Part shown: in pieces, positions 40,376 to 49,133 of the stretch
Position numbering within the stretch: the stretch's first letter is position 1
Layout of the letters: every line of letters begins with the position of its first letter
Source: a virus
IMG/VR virus record: IMGVR_UViG_3300010224_000010
Strand: one strand, 5' to 3'
Length of the DNA: 64,000 nucleotides
Notes under the pieces: model-generated
What the model was told of the DNA's origin: nothing
The model's database searches: none
The model's input: the letters and a program-made list of their open reading frames with translations, nothing else
Position numbers and translations under genes: made by a program

Positions 40376-41053
40376 CTAGGCGGCCAGGGTGGTCGGGTCG
40401 CAGGCGATCGTCGGCGGCGCGGCCGTGGTGACGTTCCACACCCAGTGCTCGTCGTCCTCGATCGTCTCTCCGACGGGCAGGTACTCCGAGCCCACCAGCG
40501 ACACCCACTGGGCAGACGGGCCGCGGGTCTCCGAGGTCGTCTCCAAGGTGGAGCGGCCGTTCTCGACCATGTACGAACCGAGCTGGGTGGCGCCGACGTT
40601 GGGCCACGCGTTGTAGATGTAGCGCTGCTGCCCGGACGCGTCGCAGGCCCCGGCTCCGGCGACTTCCTGCCACACCTCCAGGCTGTAGCGGCGGGTGGGG
40701 TTGCCCTCGGCGAGCGCGAAGCCTGTGCCGGTGGCTGGGGTGCCGGACACCAGCTCACGCGCTGAGATCATCAGCGCGGCGGCGGAGACGTTGATCTCAC
40801 AGAACTGGCTGGTGAGGTTGATGCGCTTGAGGGTGGGGTCGTCCTTCTGGTTCACGCACGGCGAGCCGTCCGCCGTGCGCTCGAAGAATTCGACGCCGTC
40901 CTCGTACTGGGGCTCCATGTTGACCTGCACGAAGCCCTTGGTCACGGACACCTGCCCGGAGGTGCCCGTGATGGGGACGCCGCAGGCGTCGAGCTCGATG
41001 ATCCGCATGTGCGTGCCCTTGATGGGGGTGGCGCACGTGGAGTGGGTAGCCAT
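40376..41053 (-). CDS. abundant structural protein of unclear role (major tail tube or head decoration candidate)
   Basis: Strong AGGAGAAAG RBS and a downstream hairpin suggest high expression. 225 aa with a Thr/Pro-rich C-terminus. Confidence 0.4.
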   Translation of the reverse strand: MATHSTCATPIKGTHMRIIELDACGVPITGTSGQVSVTKGFVQVNMEPQYEDGVEFFERTADGSPCVNQKDDPTLKRINLTSQFCEINVSAAALMISARELVSGTPATGTGFALAEGNPTRRYSLEVWQEVAGAGACDASGQQRYIYNAWPNVGATQLGSYMVENGRSTLETTSETRGPSAQWVSLVGSEYLPVGETIEDDEHWVWNVTTAAPPTIACDPTTLAA

Positions 41054-41063
41054 GATCTTTCTC

Positions 41064-41942
41064 CTACTCGGTGGGCACGCCCAGGACGATGTGCGCGGCC
41101 AGCAGGCAGCACTCGAAGCCGATCAGGTAGGTGCGCTCGGCCTGCATGCGGAGGGTGTTGGTGGTGCGGTCGAGGGACTCGTTGACCTGCGTGAAGTACA
41201 CGTCGGACCGGTAGCCGAAGGCGGCGCCGGTGGCGTAGATCCACGTCGTGCCGTCCGCGGGTGCGGTGCCGTCGGGCGCGGTGCCCGGGTAGCCGCTGCC
41301 GGCGACGATGAGGTTGCCGTTCGGCGTGACCAGGCGCCCGCCGTCCCCTGGCCGGACGAGGTTCCACGCGGCCAGCGTGGGCAGCGCCTCGCGCGGCACA
41401 TGGATGAGTCCCTGGCCCTTGTAGCAGGAGGCGAGTTCCTGCTCCAGCGCGCCGAGGGCCTGAGCGGCGTCGGCGCCCGTGACGGCCGGGGACGCGACCG
41501 GCTGGAGGACGACATCGCCGTCGACGACTTCGGCGTCGGCCCCCAGGTGCGGGAAGACCACGGCCTGGTCGGCGGCGCGGCCGGTCCAGAACGCGTTCTC
41601 CAGCTGGTGCTGCTCGACGCGGGCGAGGGCGTCCTGCGCGACGTTCTGTGCGTTGCCGACGCCGATCGGTGTGCACTGGAACTCGGCGATCACCGTGACT
41701 GGTGTCGCACCCCGGTAGGCCTGCTCGACGTTGGGGGTCTTCGCAGGCGGTTCGGGTGGGGCGCCGAGGCCGGTGACCGCGAGGCACTCGTCGTACGTCG
41801 TGTCACCGGCCGGGCAGCGCTCCGCCCAGGTGACGCCCTGCTGCCAGTGCACGCCGTCCGGGCTGGGCGTCTGGACGCTGTCCCACAGCCCCCCGGACAG
41901 GGGGGTGAACACCGTGGGCAGGTCGATGAGCTGGCGTGCCAC
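41064..41942 (-). CDS. HK97-fold capsid-like protein (second capsid paralog / pentamer candidate)
   Basis: 292 aa. Spine-helix-like AQDALARVEQHQLENAFWTG and C-terminal NTLRMQAERTY pattern typical of HK97-type capsids (by eye). Confidence 0.4.
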   Translation of the reverse strand: MARQLIDLPTVFTPLSGGLWDSVQTPSPDGVHWQQGVTWAERCPAGDTTYDECLAVTGLGAPPEPPAKTPNVEQAYRGATPVTVIAEFQCTPIGVGNAQNVAQDALARVEQHQLENAFWTGRAADQAVVFPHLGADAEVVDGDVVLQPVASPAVTGADAAQALGALEQELASCYKGQGLIHVPREALPTLAAWNLVRPGDGGRLVTPNGNLIVAGSGYPGTAPDGTAPADGTTWIYATGAAFGYRSDVYFTQVNESLDRTTNTLRMQAERTYLIGFECCLLAAHIVLGVPTE

Positions 41943-41989
41943 CGGCGTTCACCACCCTTCACTGTCGGTTCGGTTCACAGCGGGCCCGG

Positions 41990-43750
41990 TCAGACCCGGA
42001 CCGTGCCGGTGAGCAGCGCGGAGGTGGAGCCGTTGACGTTGAAGCCGACCGTGTAGCGGCGGGACTCGTGCCCGACCTTGGCGATGAGGTGCGCCTCCTC
42101 GGACCAGGCGGCCGTGTGGTCGTTGGTCTCGTTGAGGACGCTGTCGCGGATGACGCCGAGGTCGAGGGTCATCCCGTTGCCGTGGACGAAGGTGCCGGCC
42201 GCGTAGATGAGGAAGTCGGCCGTGGTCGGCCAGGCGGTCATCTTCGTGGCGTTGCCGAACTGGCTCGCGCCGCGGACCTGCCAGTCGTTGACCCACTGGA
42301 CGGCGATGTTGCGGGCAGTGAAGTACCGGTTGACCTCGGACAGCGGGATGTCGCCGAGCTCGACGCCGGCCTTCCACGCGAGGTCGGCCTGGATGACGTC
42401 GCGCACCCAGTACGGGAACACGACCTCCAGGACGTCCTCGATGCACATGCCGTAGCGGGCCCGGTAGTCCGTTGCGGCGAGGCCGACGGCGTTGTAGATC
42501 CGGGGGGCTGCGGCGTCAGTGGCGGCGCCGCCGGTGATGCTGGTGGCCGAGGTGGAGCGGGCCAGCATGAGCGCGATGATGCGGGCGTTGATGACGTGCG
42601 CGTGCGCGGACATCAGCAGCTGGAGGGTGTTCGCGGTGGCCTCGGGGTACGCGTCGTCGGTGAGGTTGCCCGCGGTGAGGCAGTACCCGTAGGCCTCCAG
42701 GCGCTCCTCGTCGAAGTCCGGGCAGGGGACGCGGATGCACGGCTTGGTCGGAGAGCCGGTCGCGGCGGCGATGTCGTCGGCCTCGGTCCACAAGAACGGC
42801 GTGGAGGTGTTGGAGAGGGTGGCCGCGAATCCGGCGAACGCGGTGCCGCCACCGAGGGCGTCGGCGAGGGACGGGGAGACCGGGAACTCGATGCCGCCGC
42901 GGGTGACGCCGAACGTCGGCAGGTCGATCATGCCCGACTCGCAGGCGATGTTGAAGAAGTCGTACCGCGTCTCGCTCGGAGCGCACCAGCCGCCGCCTGC
43001 GACGAGCGCGGCCTGCTTGTCGGGGCTCGTGAGGAACTGGATGAGTTCCTTCACCTCGCCGCGCTTGGTGCGGTTGTCGACGCTGTGGGAGAAGTCGTTG
43101 CGAATCGACGCGACGAGCTGCTCGCTGGGCTGGCCCATGGTGACGGGCATGCTCTTCGCCTTGCGGGATGTGACTTCGGCGAGCGCGGTCAGGCTGGTCA
43201 GCCCCTCGCCGCGGGCGACGCCGGGGATGTCGACCGAGGCGGTGACGGCGAGGCGCTGGGCGGGCACCTGCGGGGCGGGTGCGTGCTGGGCGGTCTCGGC
43301 GAGCGAGGCGGTCGCGCGGCGGCGGACCTCGTCGGGCCGTACGGTGCCGCCTCGGCGGTCCATCATGAACGCGGAGAGGGCGGCGGTGACGCCCTGCGCG
43401 GTGGCCTGGGCGATGGCCTCGGGGTCGACGGTCGGGGCCTGCTCGGCGGTGCCCTGCGTGGCGGGGGCTCCGTTGACGCGGGCCTGGAGCTGGGAGAGCT
43501 GGTCGGCGACGCGGGCCTGCTGGAGGCTGGCCTCCTGCTCGGCGCGGACCTCGCGGACGCGGAGCTCGCCGCGAATGCGGTCGAGGTCGTCGGTCAGGCG
43601 CATCGCGTAGGCGAGGGTGTCCGGGTCGACGCTGTCGAGTTCGCTGACGCGGGTGAACTCGGTGACGGCGCGCGTTTCGAGGTCGGCGAGGTCGGCGTCG
43701 CTGGCGAGGGTGAGATCGGACGGGGCACTGAAGAGCTCTTCGGCTGCCAC
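41990..43750 (-). CDS. major capsid protein with N-terminal scaffold-like coiled coil
   Basis: GTG 43750 after GGAGGA. ~190-aa Ala/Glu/Arg coiled-coil region followed by a ~390-aa globular domain. Position after MuF-protease. Confidence 0.6.
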   Translation of the reverse strand: MAAEELFSAPSDLTLASDADLADLETRAVTEFTRVSELDSVDPDTLAYAMRLTDDLDRIRGELRVREVRAEQEASLQQARVADQLSQLQARVNGAPATQGTAEQAPTVDPEAIAQATAQGVTAALSAFMMDRRGGTVRPDEVRRRATASLAETAQHAPAPQVPAQRLAVTASVDIPGVARGEGLTSLTALAEVTSRKAKSMPVTMGQPSEQLVASIRNDFSHSVDNRTKRGEVKELIQFLTSPDKQAALVAGGGWCAPSETRYDFFNIACESGMIDLPTFGVTRGGIEFPVSPSLADALGGGTAFAGFAATLSNTSTPFLWTEADDIAAATGSPTKPCIRVPCPDFDEERLEAYGYCLTAGNLTDDAYPEATANTLQLLMSAHAHVINARIIALMLARSTSATSITGGAATDAAAPRIYNAVGLAATDYRARYGMCIEDVLEVVFPYWVRDVIQADLAWKAGVELGDIPLSEVNRYFTARNIAVQWVNDWQVRGASQFGNATKMTAWPTTADFLIYAAGTFVHGNGMTLDLGVIRDSVLNETNDHTAAWSEEAHLIAKVGHESRRYTVGFNVNGSTSALLTGTVRV

Positions 43751-43943
43751 GTGGTCCTCCGTTGCGAAGAGGGGTTGTGCGCCCGTCTGGTGGCGCCCAT
43801 TCGCTCGGAGGTTAGCGCATAGCATACGGCCCGGCCAAGTGTCAATTAACTTGACCGGACCGCATAACTAAAGGTCAGGCGCTTGGAGTTGGAGGCGGCG
43901 GGGGCGCCGGACGCTTCCTCTTATTGCAGCTGCACACGTTTGC
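43751..43943 (-). promoter_or_regulatory. long AT-richer intergenic leader upstream of the capsid gene
   Basis: Lowest-GC stretch of the head block. GTCAA-TTAAC-TTGAC inverted repeat at 43841-43855. TTGACA and TAACCT hexamers on the minus strand. Confidence 0.4.
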
Positions 43944-46900
43944 TCACCTCCCTCCGGGGTGGACGCGGCGCGACAGCATCCGCATCACAATCCGCACCGC
44001 GTCACGCTCCAGATCCGCCTGCGACTTCCCCCACGCCACCGTCGGACGGCCCGCCGCCACCAGCGCCTGCGGCTGCCCCGACGCCACCCGCGCCCGCATC
44101 TTCGGCACCGGGAACCCCGGCACATTCACCGCCAGCAGCCCCACCAGGCGCAGCTCGCCACCGATCCGCCGCCAGTCCCCCGACACCTGCCCGGCCGCCT
44201 GCAGCTCGTACACCTTCAGCGGATCCGCGCCCGGGCGCACACACCCCGCCACCCAGATCCCGTGCTGGTCGTTGCCGACCGCCACGTCCGCCACCGCTGC
44301 CCCAGTGTTGTCGTAGTGCTCGGCCGCCGGGACCGCCCCGTAGTGCAGCGGCGCATGCCCCGTCCCTACCGTGATCTGACCAACCGCCACCCGCGTCCCG
44401 TCGGCGCACGCCACCTCGCCGGTGCGGTAGTACGGGTGCGCGTCCTCATGCGGCGGCTGCACACACACCTCGTCCTGCCCGATGTGGCAGGAACCCCACT
44501 GCGCCGCGTGCCCGTAGATCCGCCCGTCGTCCGTCACCGTGATCGGCGTCGCAAGCGACAGGCCCGGGTCGGTGAACCACTCGGCCGGCGGCCGCCACAG
44601 CTCGGCGCCTGCCGTCACGGCGTGCAGGGCGCGGAACGGCTCCGGCTCCTGGCCGGCATCCCGCAGGTGTCCAGCCACGTGGTCGTACACGCCTCGCCGG
44701 TCGGCGTCCGGGATGGATGATCCGCCGCGGGCGCCGTGCAGGGCGCCGATCGCTGCGGAGCAGGCGGCCAGGTTCGCGGCTCCGACCGTGCCGTCGTCGT
44801 TGATCTCGTGGTGGAGGAACTTGCACGCGGTCTTGGGAAGTTCGCCTCCGTCGACCGCTGCGCCGTCGTACCAGGCGTACGCGGCGCGGGCCTTGTCCAC
44901 GGTGAGGGGCCCGTCGAGGCGGGTCTCGTTGGCGCCTGCGTCCCACGGGCTGTCGCTGGTGGCGGTGTGGTGGGTGCCGACGGCGCCCATCTCCTGCACG
45001 CGCAGCTCGGCGAGTTCGGCGGCGGTGACCGGGGTGCCCCCGGCGACGACCGCGCCAGCCTCGTCGAGGAGCGCGATGTACGCCTCGGCGAAGGCGGGGA
45101 TGTCGACCAGGGTGGCCGCGCGGATGCGGCCGCCGTGGAAGATGACCTTCTCGGGCTGCGCGAACAGCATCTCGAACAAGTCGTCTTCGCTGTCGGCTTC
45201 GCCGGTGCCAGCGTTGACGTCGTCGGGCCATACGAACTCCATGTCGGCGTCCGAGATGGAGTCGGCGTCGATGCTGACACCGCGCAGGAACTTGCCCTTG
45301 ATCTTGTCGTGGACGCGGCGGCCGTCGTCGTCGGACAGGTCGAGGACACCGCGGCCCATGATGCGGCTGCCGTCGCGCCAGACCTCGTCGATGCGGCCGA
45401 CGTTGACGGCGATCGTGCGGGCCTCACCGCCGTGGGAGTCTTCCTTGTTCCAGCGCAGCGGCACCGGCAGGTCAGCCCAGGTGAGGGAGTCGGGGGCGAA
45501 CTCGCGTCCGTCGCCGGTGACGATGCCCTCGACGGCGAGCGGTCCCTCCCACGGGGCGGTGGCGCCGGCGTAGTCCATGCCCTCGTCGCTGTCGTCGGTA
45601 GACCCCTCGTCCACCGGGTTCTCCTCGGCGTCGTTGAGCGTTGCGGCCTGTGAGTCGGCCTCGGCCTGGGTGGCGTAGCAGCCCATGAGCTCGTTGTTCT
45701 CGTCATTCTCGACGGCCCACGGTGTGTCAGCGCCGCAGTCCGGGTGGTCCTGCACAGTGCGGTACGCCACGGCGCCTCCCTGCTCGATTCCTGTCGGCGG
45801 CATTGTGGCTGCGGCCAACGCCATGATCGTTCCGGCTGCTGCTTGCTCGCCGTCCTGCGGCCAGACCGTGACGAGGGTGCCCCGGCAGCGCGCCCCGCCG
45901 AGGCACTCGGTGTAGCCGCCGGTGGGATACGCCTCCCGCGCCTTGGACAGGTCGGTGTACTGGGTGCCGTCGATGTCCCGGCACGGCTTGCACGAGTTCT
46001 TGTCCAGGGCCTCGCTCGCCGTGTACGTCGCGGGCGGCGCCACCGCGAGGACGGCGAAGCGGCCCTCGTTCTGCGCGGCCGTCATCGCCGCCCCGATCTG
46101 CTCTTCCAGCGCTGTCCCCGACAGGCCGGCCAGGTGCTCATCGACGGTGGCAGCTACCTGCTCGCTGCTGCCGGAGCCCCATACCCGCATCGCCTGCCGG
46201 ACCGCGGACTGCACCAGGCCAACGCCCAGGACCCTGGCGGCCGTACGGCCCATCTGCCTCAGCCGGTCTCGGATCGCGGCGGCGGTGAGGGCCTCGTCGT
46301 CGAGCGACCAGTCCGGGATGGTGATGCCCTGGGCTTCGGCCTCGGCCTGCTGGGCTTCGCCTGCGTCGCGCGCGTAGGAGATCATGCGGGCGATGAGGAG
46401 GTCAGCGCCGTCGCCGGTGTCTACGGTGAGGGTGCCGAGGCGGTCGAGGTCATCGGCCTCAGCGGCGGCCTTCACGGCGGCGGTGATCTGCTTGCGTTGT
46501 GCGGCCTGAATGTCGGCCCACGCGGTGACGGCGGAGTCGACGGCCTTGTGCCAGGCCTGGTCCATGGCGGCGAAGTCGACGCGGGCGGCCACTTCGAGGT
46601 CGGTGGGCTGGCGGCGCAGCGGCCCGGCCCCCGCGGTCACCGCATCGCCGGTCAGCGGGATGTCGGTGTCCTCGTCGCCGAAGGACAGCCGGATCCGGTC
46701 GAACGTCACGTCTCCCAGTCGCTGCTCCAGCTCGGCGAGCAAGCCGGGGTCGTCGCTGTAGGCGGCGCAGATGTGCGCCACCCAGGGGGTGTGCTGGTCA
46801 GGGACGTTGGCCGCCATGGACCACACGGCTTCCTCGGCCATCTCGCGCACGGCGCCCAGCGCCACCTCGCCCGGCAGGTCGCCGACCGACCACACCCAGC

Positions 46901-47180
46901 ACGGCTCATCGGTGTCGCCGTTCCAGTGCGCGGCCCCGAACAGCTTGGAGCGGACGGGCGGCAGGTCCCGGCTGAGCATCCGCATCTCCTCGACCAGGGC
47001 CTGGCGCGCGTCGCTGTCGTGCGCGTCGGTCTTGCCCAGGTAGTAGAGCGTGCAGTGCAGTTCCTCCGGGGCTTCGCCGCCCGGGATCGCCAGGTGGTCG
47101 GCGTCCTCTGCCCTGGGCATGAGGGCGATCATGCAGCCCTGAAGGTGGGAGCCGTCAGCGGCGGCTGTGAGCGAGGCCAT
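43944..47180 (-). CDS. 2H-phosphoesterase / MuF-like / capsid maturation protease fusion polyprotein
   Basis: N-terminal HCTL..HICA 2H-like domain. MuF motif KNSCKPCRDIDG..ARCRGTLV. KFLHHE..GALHGARGG and IYGHAAQWGSCHIG protease/scaffold motifs. Start uncertain (47180, 47132 or 47261). Confidence 0.7.
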   Translation of the reverse strand: MASLTAAADGSHLQGCMIALMPRAEDADHLAIPGGEAPEELHCTLYYLGKTDAHDSDARQALVEEMRMLSRDLPPVRSKLFGAAHWNGDTDEPCWVWSVGDLPGEVALGAVREMAEEAVWSMAANVPDQHTPWVAHICAAYSDDPGLLAELEQRLGDVTFDRIRLSFGDEDTDIPLTGDAVTAGAGPLRRQPTDLEVAARVDFAAMDQAWHKAVDSAVTAWADIQAAQRKQITAAVKAAAEADDLDRLGTLTVDTGDGADLLIARMISYARDAGEAQQAEAEAQGITIPDWSLDDEALTAAAIRDRLRQMGRTAARVLGVGLVQSAVRQAMRVWGSGSSEQVAATVDEHLAGLSGTALEEQIGAAMTAAQNEGRFAVLAVAPPATYTASEALDKNSCKPCRDIDGTQYTDLSKAREAYPTGGYTECLGGARCRGTLVTVWPQDGEQAAAGTIMALAAATMPPTGIEQGGAVAYRTVQDHPDCGADTPWAVENDENNELMGCYATQAEADSQAATLNDAEENPVDEGSTDDSDEGMDYAGATAPWEGPLAVEGIVTGDGREFAPDSLTWADLPVPLRWNKEDSHGGEARTIAVNVGRIDEVWRDGSRIMGRGVLDLSDDDGRRVHDKIKGKFLRGVSIDADSISDADMEFVWPDDVNAGTGEADSEDDLFEMLFAQPEKVIFHGGRIRAATLVDIPAFAEAYIALLDEAGAVVAGGTPVTAAELAELRVQEMGAVGTHHTATSDSPWDAGANETRLDGPLTVDKARAAYAWYDGAAVDGGELPKTACKFLHHEINDDGTVGAANLAACSAAIGALHGARGGSSIPDADRRGVYDHVAGHLRDAGQEPEPFRALHAVTAGAELWRPPAEWFTDPGLSLATPITVTDDGRIYGHAAQWGSCHIGQDEVCVQPPHEDAHPYYRTGEVACADGTRVAVGQITVGTGHAPLHYGAVPAAEHYDNTGAAVADVAVGNDQHGIWVAGCVRPGADPLKVYELQAAGQVSGDWRRIGGELRLVGLLAVNVPGFPVPKMRARVASGQPQALVAAGRPTVAWGKSQADLERDAVRIVMRMLSRRVHPGGR

Positions 47181-48945
47181 GAGGGCTCCGAGTCGTCGAG
47201 AAGAACCCGCTCGTGTCCATGAGCGGAGAGTGCCTGCCGATCGTGAACCGGCCGAACGCATCGAGTCGGGCCTCGTACACGCCGGACGTCCCGGGCCTCG
47301 GCAGCCCGTGCAGCTTCAGCGCGGCGTGCGTGAACGGGCAGGAGTAGGCGTGCTGTGAGCACAACGTCGGATGCAGGAGTTCGGGCGGCCGTCCGGTCGC
47401 GAACCGTACGGCGTGCAGCGCCTGAGCCTGCGTCGCCAGCCGAGCGGCGCGCGCCTCGGCGCCCGCCTGCCGGGCGGCGTCCACGGCCGGCGGCTCGCCG
47501 TCGTTCGGCGCCGCGCGGGGCTCAGCTTCCGGCTCCTCGGCGGCCGGTTGCCGGGGCGCAGCACCGGGGGCCTGCGCGGCCACGGGGGTGATGCTGACCT
47601 GCTCGCCGATGAGGGTGGACAGGGCGGATCCGGCGCCGGACGGCAACGTCTTGATGATGATCTTGAGGGCCTGTTCCTTCAGCTCCTCGTCGCTGGGCTT
47701 GTCCGACTCGTCGAATCCGGTCTCGCGGCGCAGCGCCGTGCCGTTGATCTCCAACCGGTCGTACAGGGCGACGGCGTCGTCGGAGCGGTCGGGGCGCAGC
47801 GTGAGCTCCGACATGTCGTACCAGACGACCCACTGCGACCAGTCCTCTACGCGGCTGGCCTTGAGGCGCGGCTGAAGGTACCCGCTCGTCAGGGCGTGAC
47901 AGATGATCTCCGCTTCGGGGGCGATGTGCGTCTTCAGGGCGCTCTCTTCGAGCATCCACTGACCCCAGTGGTTCACATCGCCCATGCCGAGGAGGACCTC
48001 GGCGGGCATGTTCAGCATCGTCGCGAGACCCTTGATCGCGGACTCGCGCTTGTCGAGGATCTTCTCGTCGAGCTGGAGCGTGAAGTCGATGTGCCGGATC
48101 TTGTCGACGTACTCGGCAGGCACCTTGATCGGCAGCGGCACCACCGCGGACGCAGTGCCCGGGTTCTGAATCGCCGTCGCGGCGATCTCGATCCACTCCG
48201 CGACGAACGGATCCGGGGCGTCAGCGAACTCCTCCTTCACCGGGAAGGTCACTTCGTCCGGGAAGATGACCACGCCGGCGGACGCGAGGCGGGACAGGAA
48301 CTGCGCCATGATGTACCGGTTGATCAGCTCCAGCTCGCGCATCTTCCCCCGCGCGGCCCTGGCCGGCGAGTCGGCCCGGTAGTGGAACCTCTTGTGCGGT
48401 CGCCACACCCGTGTGACGAGGGAGTCCGTGCCGAGTGGCCGCCACTTGGTGCCGTTGCCTGCGGTGGTCTCGTCGATGACCTCGAAGTGGCCGCGGGCGG
48501 CGCGGACTTCGTCGATGGAGCGCACGGCCCATCGCTCGACCCCCTTCGTGGTCTCGCCCACGAGGTAGCTCTCGCCGGGCACGGCGAGCTGAGTGCCGAA
48601 CCCGGACATGAGGCTGGCCTGCCCGGCGACGCCGCCGCCGAGGGTCGTCATGAGGTCGACGGCGGTGCCGACGTCGGCGCGGACGGGTTCGTCGGCGCCG
48701 GGCTCCAGCTTCGCGGCGTACAGGCGGATGCGGGAGAGCATGGCGGCGACCCACTCGACGCCGTACCGGAACTCGCCGAGGTCGTCGTAGAAGCCCCAGG
48801 CTTCTTCCTGCCAGGTGTCGGTGTTGCTGACGAGTTCGGTGCGGGGTTCTTTGACGGGGGCGGCTGCGGCAGTGAGAGCGTTCGCCTTGAGGGTGTGGTC
48901 GATGGGCACGACGGTGCGTCGGGTGAAGGCGTGCCACCAGGCCAT
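47155..48945 (-). CDS. portal protein
   Basis: 596 aa, located between the terminase region and MuF. AGGGAG RBS. Confidence 0.8.
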   Translation of the reverse strand: MAWWHAFTRRTVVPIDHTLKANALTAAAAPVKEPRTELVSNTDTWQEEAWGFYDDLGEFRYGVEWVAAMLSRIRLYAAKLEPGADEPVRADVGTAVDLMTTLGGGVAGQASLMSGFGTQLAVPGESYLVGETTKGVERWAVRSIDEVRAARGHFEVIDETTAGNGTKWRPLGTDSLVTRVWRPHKRFHYRADSPARAARGKMRELELINRYIMAQFLSRLASAGVVIFPDEVTFPVKEEFADAPDPFVAEWIEIAATAIQNPGTASAVVPLPIKVPAEYVDKIRHIDFTLQLDEKILDKRESAIKGLATMLNMPAEVLLGMGDVNHWGQWMLEESALKTHIAPEAEIICHALTSGYLQPRLKASRVEDWSQWVVWYDMSELTLRPDRSDDAVALYDRLEINGTALRRETGFDESDKPSDEELKEQALKIIIKTLPSGAGSALSTLIGEQVSITPVAAQAPGAAPRQPAAEEPEAEPRAAPNDGEPPAVDAARQAGAEARAARLATQAQALHAVRFATGRPPELLHPTLCSQHAYSCPFTHAALKLHGLPRPGTSGVYEARLDAFGRFTIGRHSPLMDTSGFFSTTRSPHGLAHSRR

Positions 48946-48978
48946 GGGCGTTGCTCCCTGTCCGCGAGTCTGCGCGGC

Positions 48979-49013
48979 AGGTTAGGCACCAGCCAGTGAA
49001 GATCATTCCGGTG
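48979..49013 (-). promoter_or_regulatory. conserved 35-nt promoter-like motif, copy c (upstream of portal)
   Basis: Minus strand CACCGGAATGATC-N12-TGCCTAACCT. Predicted start is ~27 nt before the portal ATG. Confidence 0.5.
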
Positions 49014-49111
49014 GGCGGAGGTGGATTTGAACCACCGGGGCCCCGGCCCCTGGATGAGGGCGGTCCTACACGGTTTCACCCGCGTGCTTTTGGCCGCTCG
49101 GCCACCCGCCC
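49012..49111 (-). ncRNA. class II tRNA-like element with non-canonical anticodon and variable regions
   Basis: 7-bp acceptor GGGCGGG/TCCGCCC, D-loop GCCGAGCGGCCAAAA, canonical T-arm GGTGG-TTCAAAT-CCACC. But the anticodon loop is 6 or 8 nt, the variable region ~32 nt, and the 3' tail is CCG rather than CCA. Confidence 0.4.
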
Positions 49112-49133
49112 ACCGGATGATCCAGCTCTGAGG

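Noticed and set aside
40376-41053. Confident call of the 225-aa protein as the major tail protein.
   Set aside because: The gene order (upstream of adaptor-like genes) is atypical and I could not recognise a specific tube-protein motif by eye. It is left as an open candidate rather than a call.
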